Source: Pseudomonadota bacterium (lineage in GTDB: Bacteria > Pseudomonadota > Gammaproteobacteria > Steroidobacterales > SZUA-146). From it: a DNA stretch of 64,000 nt. Shown piece after piece: positions 26,404 to 37,407 of this stretch; position 1 is the first letter of the stretch; the number at the start of each line of letters is the position of its first letter. A program made the position numbers and the translations under genes. Under the pieces are notes generated by a model that was not told the DNA's origin, ran no database searches, and saw only the letters and a program-made list of their open reading frames with translations. The stretch is from positions 7,222 to 71,221 of the forward strand of contig JBCCHD010000018.1 in the NCBI GenBank assembly GCA_039028935.1. Direction: 5' to 3'.

Positions 26404-26694
26404 TGCCCTAATCCCCCATGTATATAACGCCGGCCTGAGCCCCCACTCCGCCGGCGAGACGTAATGTATCGCATCAATCCTCTGACGCGGTCCTAAGTGT
26501 ACCGCAGGCCGGCGCCATTTCGGACCCGAGCGTAGCCCGCAGGCGTCATGGTGCGTTCGCAAATCCGCAAACCGTTGATTTCAATTGAGGTGTTGACGTC
26601 CATCCGCACCGGTCACGCGACGATAAGGCACGGATCGCACCATAGCAGTGCATCGCCTCCCCGAACCATGACCCTGGCCGCGGCGTCATTGCGC

Positions 26695-26725
26695 AAAAAA
26701 AAAGACCGCCCAAGGCGGTCTTTTC
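26695..26725 (-). terminator. Rho-independent terminator downstream of the parA-like gene (bidirectional shape)
   Basis: Perfect 8-bp stem AGACCGCC/GGCGGTCT with a 3-nt loop. It is flanked by A9 on the + strand (U9 on the - strand) and by TTTT on the + side. Confidence 0.7.
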
Positions 26726-26747
26726 TGCTGTGCTGGCCGGCAACCGA

Positions 26748-27386
26748 TCAGGGTTGACTGCGTTTGCTATCGAGCCACTGCACAACTGGATCCCATTGCT
26801 CCCAATCAGGCCAGGCGATGTATTCAGGTAAGTCAAAGATACTGTAGCCGCGTGAGTACGCGCGCACATAGTTTTGTGCCTCGCGTAACGACGCGATATA
26901 CGCCGCTCGCTGTTTGTTCAAATATTGATCAAGTTCGTCAAAGATCAGCGTGTTTTCGCGCACGCGATTACCGATCAGACCCACTTTAATCTGCTTGCGC
27001 TTATACCGACCGCTGGCGTAGATCTCTTTGAGAAACTCCGACGTGGCCTGCATGTCGATGGTCGATGGCAACACCGGAACAACCACCGTCTCGGCGTGGT
27101 TTAAAAGCGCGGTGAGCTCTTTGCCGTGACTGCGCGCTGGCGCGTCGAGCACCACAATATCGGTACCGCGCGACACGCCTTTTAGGCCGCCGTCGAAGCC
27201 TTTCACGCCCTCAATCGTGGGCAAATGACTGGGTCGAGTATCGAGCCAGTCGAGAGAAGATCGCTGCGGATCGAAGTCGGCCAAGGCGACGCTTTTCCCT
27301 TCGTCGGCGTAAAAACCGGCGATATTGGTGGCCAGCGTGCTTTTACCGCAACCGCCTTTGGCGTTAAGAACCATGATGTGCCGCAT
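26748..27386 (-). CDS. ParA/MinD-family P-loop ATPase (orphan, no parB nearby)
   Basis: MRHIMVLNAKGGCGKSTLATNIAGFYADEGKSVALADFDPQRSS (deviant Walker A KGGxGKS). Confidence 0.75.
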   Translation of the reverse strand: MRHIMVLNAKGGCGKSTLATNIAGFYADEGKSVALADFDPQRSSLDWLDTRPSHLPTIEGVKGFDGGLKGVSRGTDIVVLDAPARSHGKELTALLNHAETVVVPVLPSTIDMQATSEFLKEIYASGRYKRKQIKVGLIGNRVRENTLIFDELDQYLNKQRAAYIASLREAQNYVRAYSRGYSIFDLPEYIAWPDWEQWDPVVQWLDSKRSQP

Positions 27387-27507
27387 GCAAATACCCTCGT
27401 CACTGAATTATGTTCAACGGTACAGTACAAAAACGTTGGGGCATCGTCCAGTCAATTGCTTTACCCAAAACAGTTGCGACGCCGCGCGGGTCAGTTAAGC
27501 TCACACC

Positions 27508-28335
27508 ATGTCATTGCGCTTTACGAAAATGGAAGGCACCGGTAACGACTTTGTGGTTATCGACACTCGCCATCAGTCGGTGAGTCTAACGACCGAACAC
27601 ATCCGCTTCCTCGCTGATCGACGCATTGGCATCGGCTGCGATCAACTGCTGGTGATTGCGGCACCCGAACAATCCGATCATCAAATCGCCTACCGTATTT
27701 TCAACGCAGACGGCCAAGAAGTGCAGCAATGCGGCAATGGTGCACGTGCGCTCGGTGCCTATGTGGGTCTCGAGCACCCGGTCGACACACCCATCTATAT
27801 GGAATCGATGTCCGGAGTGATTGTGGCGCAGCTCCTGCCGGATGGCGCGGTGAGCGTCAACATGGGCACTCCACGCTTTGAACCCGCCGTACTGCCGTTC
27901 TTGGCGCCTGCTCAAGCCACTGAGTATGTGCTCGATGTGGGTCCTCAGAGCGTTGAATTTGGTGCTGTATCGATGGGCAATCCGCATGCGGTTATTCCAG
28001 TCGACAAGGTCGATGACGCGGATGTGGCCGGCATCGGCCAGGCGCTCCAGTCTCACCCATCGTTCCCCGAGTCGGTCAATGTCGGCTTCATGCAGGTGCT
28101 TAGTAAACAGGCCATCAAGCTGAGAGTGTACGAGCGAGGTGTCGGTGAAACGCTCGCGTGCGGCACCGGCGCGTGCGCGGCGGTGGCGGTGTCACACACT
28201 TTGGGCAAAACCAGTGGCAAAGTGATGGTGCATGCGCCTGGAGGGGATTTATTGGTAAGTTGGGCCGGAGACGGGCAAAATGCGTGGCTATCCGGTGCTT
28301 GCAACCGCGTTTTTGAAGGAACGATCACTTTATGA
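27508..28335 (+). CDS. dapF: Diaminopimelate epimerase
   Basis: MSLRFTKMEGTGNDFVVID...QCGNGARA...ERGVGETLACGTGACAA (both catalytic Cys motifs). Confidence 0.92.
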   Translation: MSLRFTKMEGTGNDFVVIDTRHQSVSLTTEHIRFLADRRIGIGCDQLLVIAAPEQSDHQIAYRIFNADGQEVQQCGNGARALGAYVGLEHPVDTPIYMESMSGVIVAQLLPDGAVSVNMGTPRFEPAVLPFLAPAQATEYVLDVGPQSVEFGAVSMGNPHAVIPVDKVDDADVAGIGQALQSHPSFPESVNVGFMQVLSKQAIKLRVYERGVGETLACGTGACAAVAVSHTLGKTSGKVMVHAPGGDLLVSWAGDGQNAWLSGACNRVFEGTITL

Positions 28336-29060
28336 GCATCCCGCGTAAAGCCTCTGCCGTGACCACCTCCGACCTGCTCGATGACGACCAGGTCATTGAC
28401 TACCTAAAAGCCCAGCCCGATTTTTTTGAGCGCCACAGCGATCTTTTGGCGCATCTAGCGCTGCCGCACGATACGGGCGGCTCCGCCGTGTCGCTGGTCG
28501 AACGCCAAGCGACCATCATGCGAGAGCGCAACGAAAAGCTCGACAAAAAGCTGCGCGAACTCATCAACGTAGCGCGCACAAACCAGGCGCTATCGGACAA
28601 AACGCATCACCTGACGATCTCGCTGATGAACGCTGACACCATTGTCGACGTGCTGCAGTTTGTCGAGGCGTCGCTACGCGAGGACTTCGGATCCGAGCGC
28701 GCGGCGCTCGTCCTGTTCATGCAGCCTGAGGCCAGCCCGGACCTTCAGTCGAATAATTTTATGCGCCGTATCTCGCCGGACGATCCGGCGCTCAGCGCCT
28801 TCGGCACCTTCCTCGACGGCGGCAAACCGCGCTGCGGGCAGATCCGCGATGCCCAGCGCGAGTTTTTGTTTGGCCCCGACAACAGCGAAGTAGGCTCCGC
28901 CGCGCTGCTGCCTCTGGCGCATCAACCCAGCCTGGGCATGCTCGCGATTGGCAATCACAATGCGCAGCATTTTCATCCTGCGATGAGCACCGATTTTCTC
29001 GTGCGCCTGGCCCAGTCTGTCACCGCCGCGCTGCAGCGTTTTCGTCATCAGCTGATCTGA
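28332..29060 (+). CDS. DUF484 (YigA) family protein
   Basis: VIDYLKAQPDFFERHSDLL..., a coiled-coil, and a GAF-like C-terminus. Its position in dapF-yigA-xerC is conserved, and its start overlaps the dapF stop. Confidence 0.75.
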   Translation: MSIPRKASAVTTSDLLDDDQVIDYLKAQPDFFERHSDLLAHLALPHDTGGSAVSLVERQATIMRERNEKLDKKLRELINVARTNQALSDKTHHLTISLMNADTIVDVLQFVEASLREDFGSERAALVLFMQPEASPDLQSNNFMRRISPDDPALSAFGTFLDGGKPRCGQIRDAQREFLFGPDNSEVGSAALLPLAHQPSLGMLAIGNHNAQHFHPAMSTDFLVRLAQSVTAALQRFRHQLI

Positions 29061-29069
29061 CCGCGCACC

Positions 29070-29996
29070 ATGAGCGGCACACAGGAAAAACACGAGCAGA
29101 TCGCGCGTTTCCTGGATCACTTGCACTACGAGCGTCGCCTCAGCGCACACACCGTCTCGGCGTATCGTCGCGACCTCAGTGCGTTCGCGCAGTTTTGCAC
29201 AACCCAAGCGCTCACCGATTTGACGTCTGCCCAGACCCTCGATGTGCGTCAATTTGCGGCGCGCCTCAATCGGTTGGGCAAAGCCCCAGCGAGCATTCAA
29301 CGGCATTTGTCTGCCGTCCGGATGTTCTTCCAATTTCTGGTGGGACAAGGCGATCTTACGATCAATCCGGCTGTCGATGTGCAGGCTCCCAAAAAACGAC
29401 GCAAACTGCCCAACGCCTTGGATGTCGACGCGATGAACGCGCTGCTCGAGCTCGGCGCCGACGATCCACTGGCGATTCGCGATCGCACCATGATGGAGCT
29501 TTTGTATTCGTCGGGACTGCGACTTGCGGAGCTGGTCTCACTCGATCTGGATAGCCTGGATCGTCGTGATCGTGAGCTTCGAGTGGTTGGCAAGGGCGGC
29601 AAAGAACGGGTATTGCCGATCGGACGGCGGGCCATCGAGGCGCTGGAGGTGTGGCTTGGCGCACGAGCGCAGCTCGCTAACGAACAGGAGCAGGCCGTCT
29701 TCGTCGGGCGCAATGGTCGTCGACTCAGCCACCGCTCGGTGCAGGCACGCATAAAATACTGGGCACGACGTCAGGGTGTGGACATGAATGTCTACCCGCA
29801 TCTTTTTCGCCACTCTTTCGCGACGCATCTTCTGGAGTCAGGAGGCGATCTGCGCGCCGTACAGGAGCTGCTGGGCCACGCCGACATCTCCACCACTCAG
29901 ATCTATACACACCTTGATTTTCAACATCTTGCCCGCACCTACGATAAGGCGCACCCGCGCGCGCGCCGCAAAGCCACACCGAAAAAGGTGAGTTGA
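29070..29996 (+). CDS. xerC: Tyrosine recombinase XerC
   Basis: FLDHLHYERRLSAHTVSAYRRDL..., R...HLFRHSFATHLLE...LLGHADISTTQIYTHL (R-H-R-Y catalytic set). Confidence 0.88.
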   Translation: MSGTQEKHEQIARFLDHLHYERRLSAHTVSAYRRDLSAFAQFCTTQALTDLTSAQTLDVRQFAARLNRLGKAPASIQRHLSAVRMFFQFLVGQGDLTINPAVDVQAPKKRRKLPNALDVDAMNALLELGADDPLAIRDRTMMELLYSSGLRLAELVSLDLDSLDRRDRELRVVGKGGKERVLPIGRRAIEALEVWLGARAQLANEQEQAVFVGRNGRRLSHRSVQARIKYWARRQGVDMNVYPHLFRHSFATHLLESGGDLRAVQELLGHADISTTQIYTHLDFQHLARTYDKAHPRARRKATPKKVS

Positions 29997-30148
29997 GCGC
30001 GCGGCACGGGGCGGCGACTGGACGCGGCGGCAATCGGGCCATTACGCGAAGCGGTCGTTGAGACCGTTTTGACGCGTCTCAAGGTACAATAGGGATCCTC
30101 TTGCGGCACAAATCGACCGCATTTTCACTTGGCTATTCAGGAGCACCC

Positions 30149-30688
30149 ATGGAGCAAATCCGGGGAACTACGATTTTATCGGTCCGCCGTCACGGCAAGG
30201 TGGTGGTGGGCGGCGACGGCCAGGCAACGCTGGGCAACACGGTGATGAAAGGCAACGTGCGTAAAGTACGCCACTTATACGGTGGCAAAGTGCTGGCCGG
30301 GTTTGCCGGCGGCACCGCGGATGCCTTTACCTTATTTGAGCGCTTCGAGGGCAAACTCGAGCAATACGGCAACCTCACACGCGCCGCCATTGAACTGGCC
30401 AAAGATTGGCGCACCGATCGCATGCTGCGCCGTCTTGAGGCCCTTCTTTGTGTGGCGGATGCGACAACGAGTCTGCTCATCTCAGGCAATGGCGATGTCA
30501 TAGAGCCAGAAGACAACCTCGTCGCAATCGGCTCAGGTGGGCCGTTTGCGCAAGCCGCCGCCCGCGCGTTGCTCGATAACACAGATCTGTCCGCGCGCGA
30601 GGTCGTCACGAAAGGCCTGTCGATCGCGGGCGACATCTGCATATACACGAATCACAATCTGGTGATCGAAGAACTGGACGCCGAGTAG
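30149..30688 (+). CDS. hslV: ATP-dependent protease subunit HslV
   Basis: From ATG 30149 (RBS CAGGAG): [41 protein letters not shown]...[16 protein letters not shown]. Confidence 0.92.
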   Translation: MEQIRGTTILSVRRHGKVVVGGDGQATLGNTVMKGNVRKVRHLYGGKVLAGFAGGTADAFTLFERFEGKLEQYGNLTRAAIELAKDWRTDRMLRRLEALLCVADATTSLLISGNGDVIEPEDNLVAIGSGGPFAQAAARALLDNTDLSAREVVTKGLSIAGDICIYTNHNLVIEELDAE

Positions 30689-30692
30689 CCCT

Positions 30693-32012
30693 ATGTCACA
30701 AATGACTCCACGAGAAATTGTCCAGGAATTGGACAAGCACATCATCGGCCAACAAGACGCCAAGCGGGCGGTGGCCATCGCCCTTCGCAATCGCTGGCGC
30801 CGGGTACAGGTTGATGAACCACTGCGCGATGAAATCACGCCCAAGAACATTCTGATGATCGGCCCCACCGGTGTGGGTAAGACGGAGATCGCTCGGCGCT
30901 TGGCCAACTTGGCTAACGCGCCGTTTATCAAAGTGGAAGCCACTAAATTTACAGAAGTCGGCTATGTGGGTCGCGAGGTTGACTCGATCGTTCGCGATTT
31001 GGTCGATGTGTCGGTCAAACTGACGCGCGAGCATGAAATGAGCAAAGTTCGACACCGCGCCGAAGACGCTGCCGAAGACCGCGTGCTCGATGCCCTAATA
31101 CCGAAACCGAATAGTTGGGACGAGGACGCCGCGTCCAACGAAACGCGTCAGAAGATGCGAAAAATGCTGCGCGAAGGCAAGCTTGACGACAAAGAAATCG
31201 AAATTGAAGTCGACGTCTCGCCCATGGGCGTTGAGATTATGGCGCCGCCGGGAATGGAAGAGATGACGCAGCAGTTGCAAGGCATGTTCGAGAACATGTC
31301 TGGCAATCGCAAGCGCTCACGAAAACTCAAAATCAAAGACGCCCACAAACTGCTTCTCGACGAAGAAGCGGCCAAGATGATCAATGAAGAAGACCTCAAG
31401 CTGCGTGCGATCGAAAACGCAGAGCAGCACGGCATTGTGTTTGTCGACGAGATCGATAAAGTCGCGCGTCGTTCTGACGCTCAGGGCGCCGACGTGTCGC
31501 GCGAGGGCGTGCAACGGGATTTGTTGCCTCTCGTGGAGGGCAGCACTGTCTCGACCAAATTTGGCATGATCCGCACCGATCATATTTTATTTATCGCCTC
31601 CGGTGCCTTTCATTTGGCGAAACCATCGGATCTGATCCCTGAGCTGCAGGGTCGATTCCCCATTCGAGTGGAGCTGGGCGCGCTCTCGGCAGAGGATTTT
31701 GCCCGCATTCTCACCGAGCCGAATGCATCACTCACCGAGCAATACAGCGCACTCATGGCGACCGAAGGACTGGCCCTCTCGTTTACCGAAGATGGCATTG
31801 AGCGCATTGCCCGCGTGGCGTTTGAGGTGAATGCCAAAACGGAGAACATTGGCGCACGCCGACTGCATACCGTTATGGAGCGATTGCTGGACACCGTATC
31901 GTTTAGTGCGTCGGATCAAAGTGGCGACTCAGTGGTGATCAACGCCACCTACGTCGATGACCACCTGGGCGAACTCGTGCAGGATGAAGACCTGAGCCGT
32001 TACATTCTCTAG
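30693..32012 (+). CDS. hslU: ATP-dependent protease ATPase subunit HslU
   Basis: [34 protein letters not shown]...[20 protein letters not shown]...[10 protein letters not shown]. Confidence 0.95.
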   Translation: MSQMTPREIVQELDKHIIGQQDAKRAVAIALRNRWRRVQVDEPLRDEITPKNILMIGPTGVGKTEIARRLANLANAPFIKVEATKFTEVGYVGREVDSIVRDLVDVSVKLTREHEMSKVRHRAEDAAEDRVLDALIPKPNSWDEDAASNETRQKMRKMLREGKLDDKEIEIEVDVSPMGVEIMAPPGMEEMTQQLQGMFENMSGNRKRSRKLKIKDAHKLLLDEEAAKMINEEDLKLRAIENAEQHGIVFVDEIDKVARRSDAQGADVSREGVQRDLLPLVEGSTVSTKFGMIRTDHILFIASGAFHLAKPSDLIPELQGRFPIRVELGALSAEDFARILTEPNASLTEQYSALMATEGLALSFTEDGIERIARVAFEVNAKTENIGARRLHTVMERLLDTVSFSASDQSGDSVVINATYVDDHLGELVQDEDLSRYIL

Positions 32013-32016
32013 TGCC

Positions 32017-32379
32017 ATGATTCATCACCCCACCGAAATCAAAGTACGCAAAGCCTCGCGCATGCTCGAGATCGCATTTGAGAACGAGCGTTTCGCGCTG
32101 CCGTTTGAGTACCTTCGCGTTTACTCCCCGTCGGCCGAAGTGCGCGGTCACGCGCCAGGCCAGGAGGTACTGCAAACGGGCAAACAGCACGTCACGATCC
32201 AACGCATCGAGCCGGTCGGCAGCTACGCCGTGCGTTTGGTGTTCAGTGATGGACACAGCAGCGGCATTTATTCCTGGGACGTATTGCACGATCTGGGCGT
32301 TAATCATGATAAAAATTGGGCAACCTATCTCGACGATTTGGCCCGCGCGGGTCAGTCCCGCGATCCGGAGAACGCATGA
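32017..32379 (+). CDS. DUF971 (gamma-butyrobetaine hydroxylase-like N-terminal domain) protein
   Basis: [29 protein letters not shown]...[26 protein letters not shown]. The stop overlaps the ubiE start (ATGA). Confidence 0.7.
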   Translation: MIHHPTEIKVRKASRMLEIAFENERFALPFEYLRVYSPSAEVRGHAPGQEVLQTGKQHVTIQRIEPVGSYAVRLVFSDGHSSGIYSWDVLHDLGVNHDKNWATYLDDLARAGQSRDPENA

Positions 32380-33158
32380 CCTCTTCAGACAACCACGCTG
32401 ATTCACCCAACAACGGCGACGACACCACTCACTTCGGTTACGAACGCGTCAAACGCAGCGACAAAGCCCGACACGTGCGCGGCGTGTTTGATTCGGTCGC
32501 TAATCGATACGACCTCATGAACGACGTGATGTCGGGCGGTCTGCACCGCATCTGGAAGCGCTATACGCTCGATTTAACCCGTTTAAAACCAGGACAGCAT
32601 GCGCTCGATGTCGCCGGCGGCACGGGTGACTTGGCGATCCGGATGGCGCGCATGGTCGGCGACACCGGCCGAGTGGTGTTATCGGATATCAACGAGGCGA
32701 TGCTCGAGCAGGGTCGACGTCGACTGATTGATAATGGCATCGTGGGCAATGTGTCGTGCGTGCAGGCCGATGCCGAAAACTTGCCGTTTGATGACAATAC
32801 GTTCGACGTGGTCACCATCGCCTTCGGTTTACGCAACGTCACTGACAAAGACGCGGCGCTGCGCTCCATGCATCGGGTGCTTAAACCGGGCGGCCAGTTG
32901 CTCGTGCTCGAGTTCTCGAAAATCGTCGTACCTGGACTGGGCGGCTTGTACGACTGGTACTCGTTTAACGTCCTGCCCAAGATGGGCGAGGCATTGGTCA
33001 ATGACGCCGACAGCTATCGCTACTTAGCCGAATCGATACGCATGCATCCGGATCAGGAGACGCTGCTGGCGATGATAAATGAGGCCGGATTTGGCAGCAC
33101 CCGTTATCACAACCTAAGCGGCGGCATTGTCGCCTTGCACCGAGGATACAAACTGTGA
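32376..33158 (+). CDS. ubiE: Ubiquinone/menaquinone biosynthesis C-methyltransferase UbiE
   Basis: [45 protein letters not shown]...[11 protein letters not shown]...FGLRNVTDK. Confidence 0.92.
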   Translation: MTSSDNHADSPNNGDDTTHFGYERVKRSDKARHVRGVFDSVANRYDLMNDVMSGGLHRIWKRYTLDLTRLKPGQHALDVAGGTGDLAIRMARMVGDTGRVVLSDINEAMLEQGRRRLIDNGIVGNVSCVQADAENLPFDDNTFDVVTIAFGLRNVTDKDAALRSMHRVLKPGGQLLVLEFSKIVVPGLGGLYDWYSFNVLPKMGEALVNDADSYRYLAESIRMHPDQETLLAMINEAGFGSTRYHNLSGGIVALHRGYKL

Positions 33159-33790
33159 GCGACGACATTCGTCCGGCCATTAATCCACTGCGCGGTGTAT
33201 TTAGCGCGGTTGAATCACTGTTTGCGCGCAAACTCGCCGCCTCAACCGCCGCGCGCACGCGCCTGGCAAAACTGGCCGGCAAAACGCTCGCGCTTGAGCT
33301 CACCGGCGTCGGTATGAATGTGTATGTGCACTGCGCCGAAGACGCCGTGCAGCTGTCGTCGGAATTCAGTGACGACGCCGATGTCATTATCAGCGGCACA
33401 CCCTTCGCGATGCTCGCGTTTGCACGCTCTGATCCACAGGACGGCATCCGCGGCGGGAGCGTCAAATTCACCGGCGATGTGGGTGTGGCCCAGGATTTTC
33501 AGCTGCTATTCGCCGCGCTATCACCCGACTTTGAAGAAGAACTGTCGCGACTGGTCGGCGATGAAGCTGCTTATCGAGTCAGCACCGCCATCAAAGACCT
33601 TGTGAACGTCGGCAAGCGCGCGGTTGAGTCACTCACCCAGGGCATTAGCGCACATCTAACGGAAGGTGGCCGTGACGTTCCCACCCAAGACGAACTCAAT
33701 GACTTTCTCGAAGAGGTGGATCGGCTGCGCGCGGATATCGAGCGCGCCGAAGCCCGATTGAACCGCACCGCGTCAGGAGCATCGTCGTAA
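33155..33790 (+). CDS. ubiJ: Ubiquinone biosynthesis accessory factor UbiJ (SCP2 domain)
   Basis: It lies between ubiE and ubiB with overlapping or adjacent stops. It has an SCP2-like N-terminal half and a coiled C-terminus ([16 protein letters not shown]). Confidence 0.65.
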   Translation: MSDDIRPAINPLRGVFSAVESLFARKLAASTAARTRLAKLAGKTLALELTGVGMNVYVHCAEDAVQLSSEFSDDADVIISGTPFAMLAFARSDPQDGIRGGSVKFTGDVGVAQDFQLLFAALSPDFEEELSRLVGDEAAYRVSTAIKDLVNVGKRAVESLTQGISAHLTEGGRDVPTQDELNDFLEEVDRLRADIERAEARLNRTASGASS

Positions 33791-33792
33791 TT

Positions 33793-35415
33793 ATGCGTCT
33801 TCGTCATCTTTTTCGACTGCTGCGAATTTTTCGCATCCTCAAACGGCACGGGCTACACGATGTGGTGCGAGCTCTGCGCCCGCAAAACCCTCTGAGCAGG
33901 CTGTTTGGCGGCAGCCAAAAGCCCATGCGCCCCGATCTTGGACAGCGCATTCGCCTGGCGCTGCAAGACCTCGGGCCCATATTCGTCAAATTCGGTCAGG
34001 CACTCTCAACGCGACCTGATCTATTGCCTCCCGACATTGCTCGGGAGTTGGCCAAGCTTCAGGACAAGGTGCCCCCGTTTTCCAACGAACTGGCGCGCGA
34101 GACAGTCGAAACGGCGTTTGGCGAATCCGTCGACAACGTGTTCAGCGCGTTCGACGAGGAGCCGCTGGCATCCGCTTCCATCGCCCAGGTTCATGCAGCA
34201 CGCCTTCATGATGGCACCGAGGTCGTGGTGAAAATTCTGCGTCCTGGCATTGAACCGATCATCGACAAAGATTTGGATGTGCTCACCGCACTGGCGGAAC
34301 TGGCGCACCGCTATTGGCCCGATATCCGCCGCCTCAAGCCGCGAGACGTGGTTGAGGACTACAGCCGAACCATTCGTGACGAGCTCGATTTCATGCGCGA
34401 GGCGGCCAATGGCGCTCAGCTCAAGCGTAATTGGGCTGATCATCATATTCTTGAACTGCCCGATATTTACTGGGATTACTGCCACCCAAATGTGATGGTC
34501 ATGGAGCGCGTCTACGGCGTGCCGGTGAGTGACGTTGAATCGCTTAACGCGGCCGGCGTCAATATGAAAACCTTGGCAGCACGGGGGGTCGAAATATTCT
34601 TCACGCAGGTGTTTAAGCACAATTTCTTTCATGCCGACATGCACCCGGGCAACATTTTTGTCAATGTCACCGATCCGGAAGACCCCCGATACGTGTCCAT
34701 CGACTTTGGCATTGTGGGTACGCTTGATCTGAGCGATCAGCGCTACCTCGCGGCCAATCTCTTGGCGTTTTTCCATCGGGACTATCGCAAAGTGTCACAG
34801 CTGCATGTTGATTCGGGCTGGGTACCTGCGGGGACACGCGTTGACGAGTTCGAGTCTGCCATTCGCACTGTCTGCGAACCGATTTTTGACAAACCACTCA
34901 AAGATATTTCGTTTGGGCAGTTTCTTGTCCGCTTATTTAGTACTGCGCGACGGTTCAACATGGAGGTGCAGCCGCAGCTCGTGTTGCTACAGAAAACGCT
35001 GCTCAATATTGAGGGCCTGGGACGACAGCTCTATCCCGAGCTTGATCTTTGGGAAACCGCAAAACCATTCCTTGAAGACTGGATGGCGGAGAAAACCAGT
35101 GGCAAGGAGTTAGCCGGGCGGTTCAAAGAGTCGTTGCCAGATCTTGTTACGACACTCAACGACGCCCCCCAGCTGCTGTCCCGCTTAACGCAGCAGCTCT
35201 CAGACGGTTCGTTCAACGTCGCGCTGGCACCCGACGACCTGGACGCCCTGCGCGCGAGTCAGCAGCGCAGCGATCGGCGGCACACCACCGCCGTTGCCGG
35301 TGCAGGCCTACTCATCGCGTCCGCCGTACTGGTCGGTACCGGCTATGAGCATAATTGGGTTAGTCTCGCTGCGCTGATTGCCGGTGGCGCTCTACTATGG
35401 CGCTCGCGCGCCTGA
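33793..35415 (+). CDS. ubiB: Ubiquinone biosynthesis regulatory kinase-like protein UbiB
   Basis: LGPIFVKFGQALSTRPDLLPPDIARELAKLQDKVPPF...ASASIAQVH...FFHADMHPGNIF; two C-terminal transmembrane segments. Confidence 0.92.
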   Translation: MRLRHLFRLLRIFRILKRHGLHDVVRALRPQNPLSRLFGGSQKPMRPDLGQRIRLALQDLGPIFVKFGQALSTRPDLLPPDIARELAKLQDKVPPFSNELARETVETAFGESVDNVFSAFDEEPLASASIAQVHAARLHDGTEVVVKILRPGIEPIIDKDLDVLTALAELAHRYWPDIRRLKPRDVVEDYSRTIRDELDFMREAANGAQLKRNWADHHILELPDIYWDYCHPNVMVMERVYGVPVSDVESLNAAGVNMKTLAARGVEIFFTQVFKHNFFHADMHPGNIFVNVTDPEDPRYVSIDFGIVGTLDLSDQRYLAANLLAFFHRDYRKVSQLHVDSGWVPAGTRVDEFESAIRTVCEPIFDKPLKDISFGQFLVRLFSTARRFNMEVQPQLVLLQKTLLNIEGLGRQLYPELDLWETAKPFLEDWMAEKTSGKELAGRFKESLPDLVTTLNDAPQLLSRLTQQLSDGSFNVALAPDDLDALRASQQRSDRRHTTAVAGAGLLIASAVLVGTGYEHNWVSLAALIAGGALLWRSRA

Positions 35416-35591
35416 TAGCACGCCTTTGAGCTTAGCGAGTCATCAATGTGTGACCCGATAGGCGGTCGATCTTGCCAGAGGGCGTAAACTGGCCGGTGAC
35501 GTGGATGCCGTTATGGTGAATCCACCGATGATTACGCGGCGCCGACCGCGAGGACGTCTCGACATATCGACCACGGTAGCTGGGTAAGAAC

Positions 35592-36539
35592 GTGATGCAA
35601 TCGGTCCCTAACCTTCTTCGACTAGCGCTCATTCTGGCCGCGATCGCGATTGTGGCCGGTGCCGCTGCCCAAACGCTTTATCGGTATAAAGACGAAGACG
35701 GTAACTGGCAGTTCACTGATCGTGCACCCGATGATGTCGCGGATGTGCAGACCGAGCGCATGACCACCCGCAACTACGAGCCACAAGTTACCCTGGAGCA
35801 GGTACGCATCGACGGTGGCATGCGATTAGTGGCCATCAATGAATGGCACTGCCCGATGGAAGTGTTTGTCGACTTCTCAAAAGTACGCAATCTCGATCCG
35901 GCACTGACCAAAGACTTCACCATTGTGCTCGAACCCGACAGCACGATTGAACTGCGTGACTTTTTCCCACTCGATATAGAGCAAAAATACGGCTACGAGA
36001 TGGAGTATGCGTATATCCCTGGCGATCCAACCAAAACACCGGACGACTATCTTTACGCTATGCCGTTCGCCAAAGGGACCGAATATACCGTCACTCAAGC
36101 CTACCCCTCCGCCATCACGCACAGTGATATTTCGAGCAAATACGCAGTGGATTTCGCGATGCCTGTCGGCACGCCGGTCTACTCCGTTCGCGATGGCGTG
36201 GTTTACGCAACCGCCTACGATAACTACACGGGCGGCACGGACCGGGCGCGAGACTTGCCGAAAGCGAATGTCGTGCGCATCGTGCATGACGACGGCACCA
36301 TTGCGGTCTATGCGCATCTGGCGTGGAACGCCATCCGTGTAAAGCCTGGCCAGCGCGTCCGACGTGGCCAATACATCGCCGACTCAGGTAACACCGGGTT
36401 TAGCAGCGGGCCGCATCTTCATTTTGCACTGCTGGTCAACAAAGGCATGCGCATTGAGTCGTTGCCGGTCGTGTTTGAGGGCCCGGGCGGTGCAGGTGTC
36501 GTGCCACGTACCGGGCAGATGCTCTACAACATCGAGTAG
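35592..36539 (+). CDS. M23-family metallopeptidase with N-terminal DUF4124
   Basis: LYRYKDEDGNWQFTDRAPDD (DUF4124). HSDISSKYAVDFAMPVGTPVYSVRDG...VHDDGTIAVYAHL...GNTGFSSGPHLHFAL (HxxxD...HxH M23 motifs). Confidence 0.78.
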   Translation: MMQSVPNLLRLALILAAIAIVAGAAAQTLYRYKDEDGNWQFTDRAPDDVADVQTERMTTRNYEPQVTLEQVRIDGGMRLVAINEWHCPMEVFVDFSKVRNLDPALTKDFTIVLEPDSTIELRDFFPLDIEQKYGYEMEYAYIPGDPTKTPDDYLYAMPFAKGTEYTVTQAYPSAITHSDISSKYAVDFAMPVGTPVYSVRDGVVYATAYDNYTGGTDRARDLPKANVVRIVHDDGTIAVYAHLAWNAIRVKPGQRVRRGQYIADSGNTGFSSGPHLHFALLVNKGMRIESLPVVFEGPGGAGVVPRTGQMLYNIE

Positions 36540-36636
36540 CCCCGCGTCTAGGAACCGGTCAGATCGTTACCAAGACCGGCCACCACCCGAGCGGACGGGC
36601 CTCACGTTAAGTCGCCGTCAGGCACATCGCGATCGG

Positions 36637-37302
36637 TTAGACGCCGACCTCTTCGGTGTCCAATATCTCTGTCTCGTCAAGCGCCGCCTCGATCCACTCC
36701 CGTATGAACGGGTCTTGGATGCAATGATCCGCATACGCCTGGCAAGCGGACGGCAGTGTCACGCTGTAGGTGCGAAACCGAAACACTACGGGCACAAACA
36801 TCGCATCACAAATGGAAAACCGTCCGAACAGCCACGGGCCGTCACGTTGTGTCCTATCGTCAGCCAGGCAGGCAGCCCAAACCGCGATCATCCGCTCCAC
36901 GTCCCGTTGCGCACCGGCGGAAAGCTCAACGACGCGTCCGGTGGCACGAATGTTCATCGGCATTTCATTGCGTAAATCCGCAAAGCCGGAATGCATCTCA
37001 CAACTAAGCGATCGAGCCTGTGCGCGCACAGACCGTTCATCGGGCCAAAGCTTGGCTTCAGGCGCGCACTCGTTGAGATATTCGGCGATGGCTAAACTGT
37101 CGCTAATTACCCAGTCGCCCTTACGTAGCGCCGGGACCATACCGTTGGGAGACAGCGACTTGATCTCTTCTTTGAAATGCGGTGTGTCGAGCAACACACG
37201 TTGACTGTCAAACGCCAAGCCACTGAATCGCGCAACCAGCCAGGCGCGCAGTGACCATGAGGAATAGTTCCGGTTACCGATGATTAATGTAAAGTCCGCC
37301 AT
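36637..37302 (-). CDS. Glutathione S-transferase family protein
   Basis: MADFTLIIGNRNYSSWSLRAWLVARFSGLAFDSQRV...MVPAL...ISDSLAIAEYL (thioredoxin-like GST N-domain). Confidence 0.75.
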   Translation of the reverse strand: MADFTLIIGNRNYSSWSLRAWLVARFSGLAFDSQRVLLDTPHFKEEIKSLSPNGMVPALRKGDWVISDSLAIAEYLNECAPEAKLWPDERSVRAQARSLSCEMHSGFADLRNEMPMNIRATGRVVELSAGAQRDVERMIAVWAACLADDRTQRDGPWLFGRFSICDAMFVPVVFRFRTYSVTLPSACQAYADHCIQDPFIREWIEAALDETEILDTEEVGV

Positions 37303-37407
37303 GTCAGAATTATCCGTTGTATTGTTGAAACTGTGGAATTGATCAATTCGCCGAATAGGAAGCTTCGCTATACTCCGCGATCTATCACCGCAATCGAATC
37401 GAATCGC

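Noticed and set aside
26404-26694. Possible small RNA in the ~340-nt gap between the 2OG-oxygenase-like gene and the parA-like gene, ending at the strong hairpin at 26703-26721
   Set aside because: The hairpin's long U-tract is on the - strand, so it is best explained as the parA-like gene's terminator. The rest can be the oxygenase gene's promoter and leader. No known RNA family was recognised.
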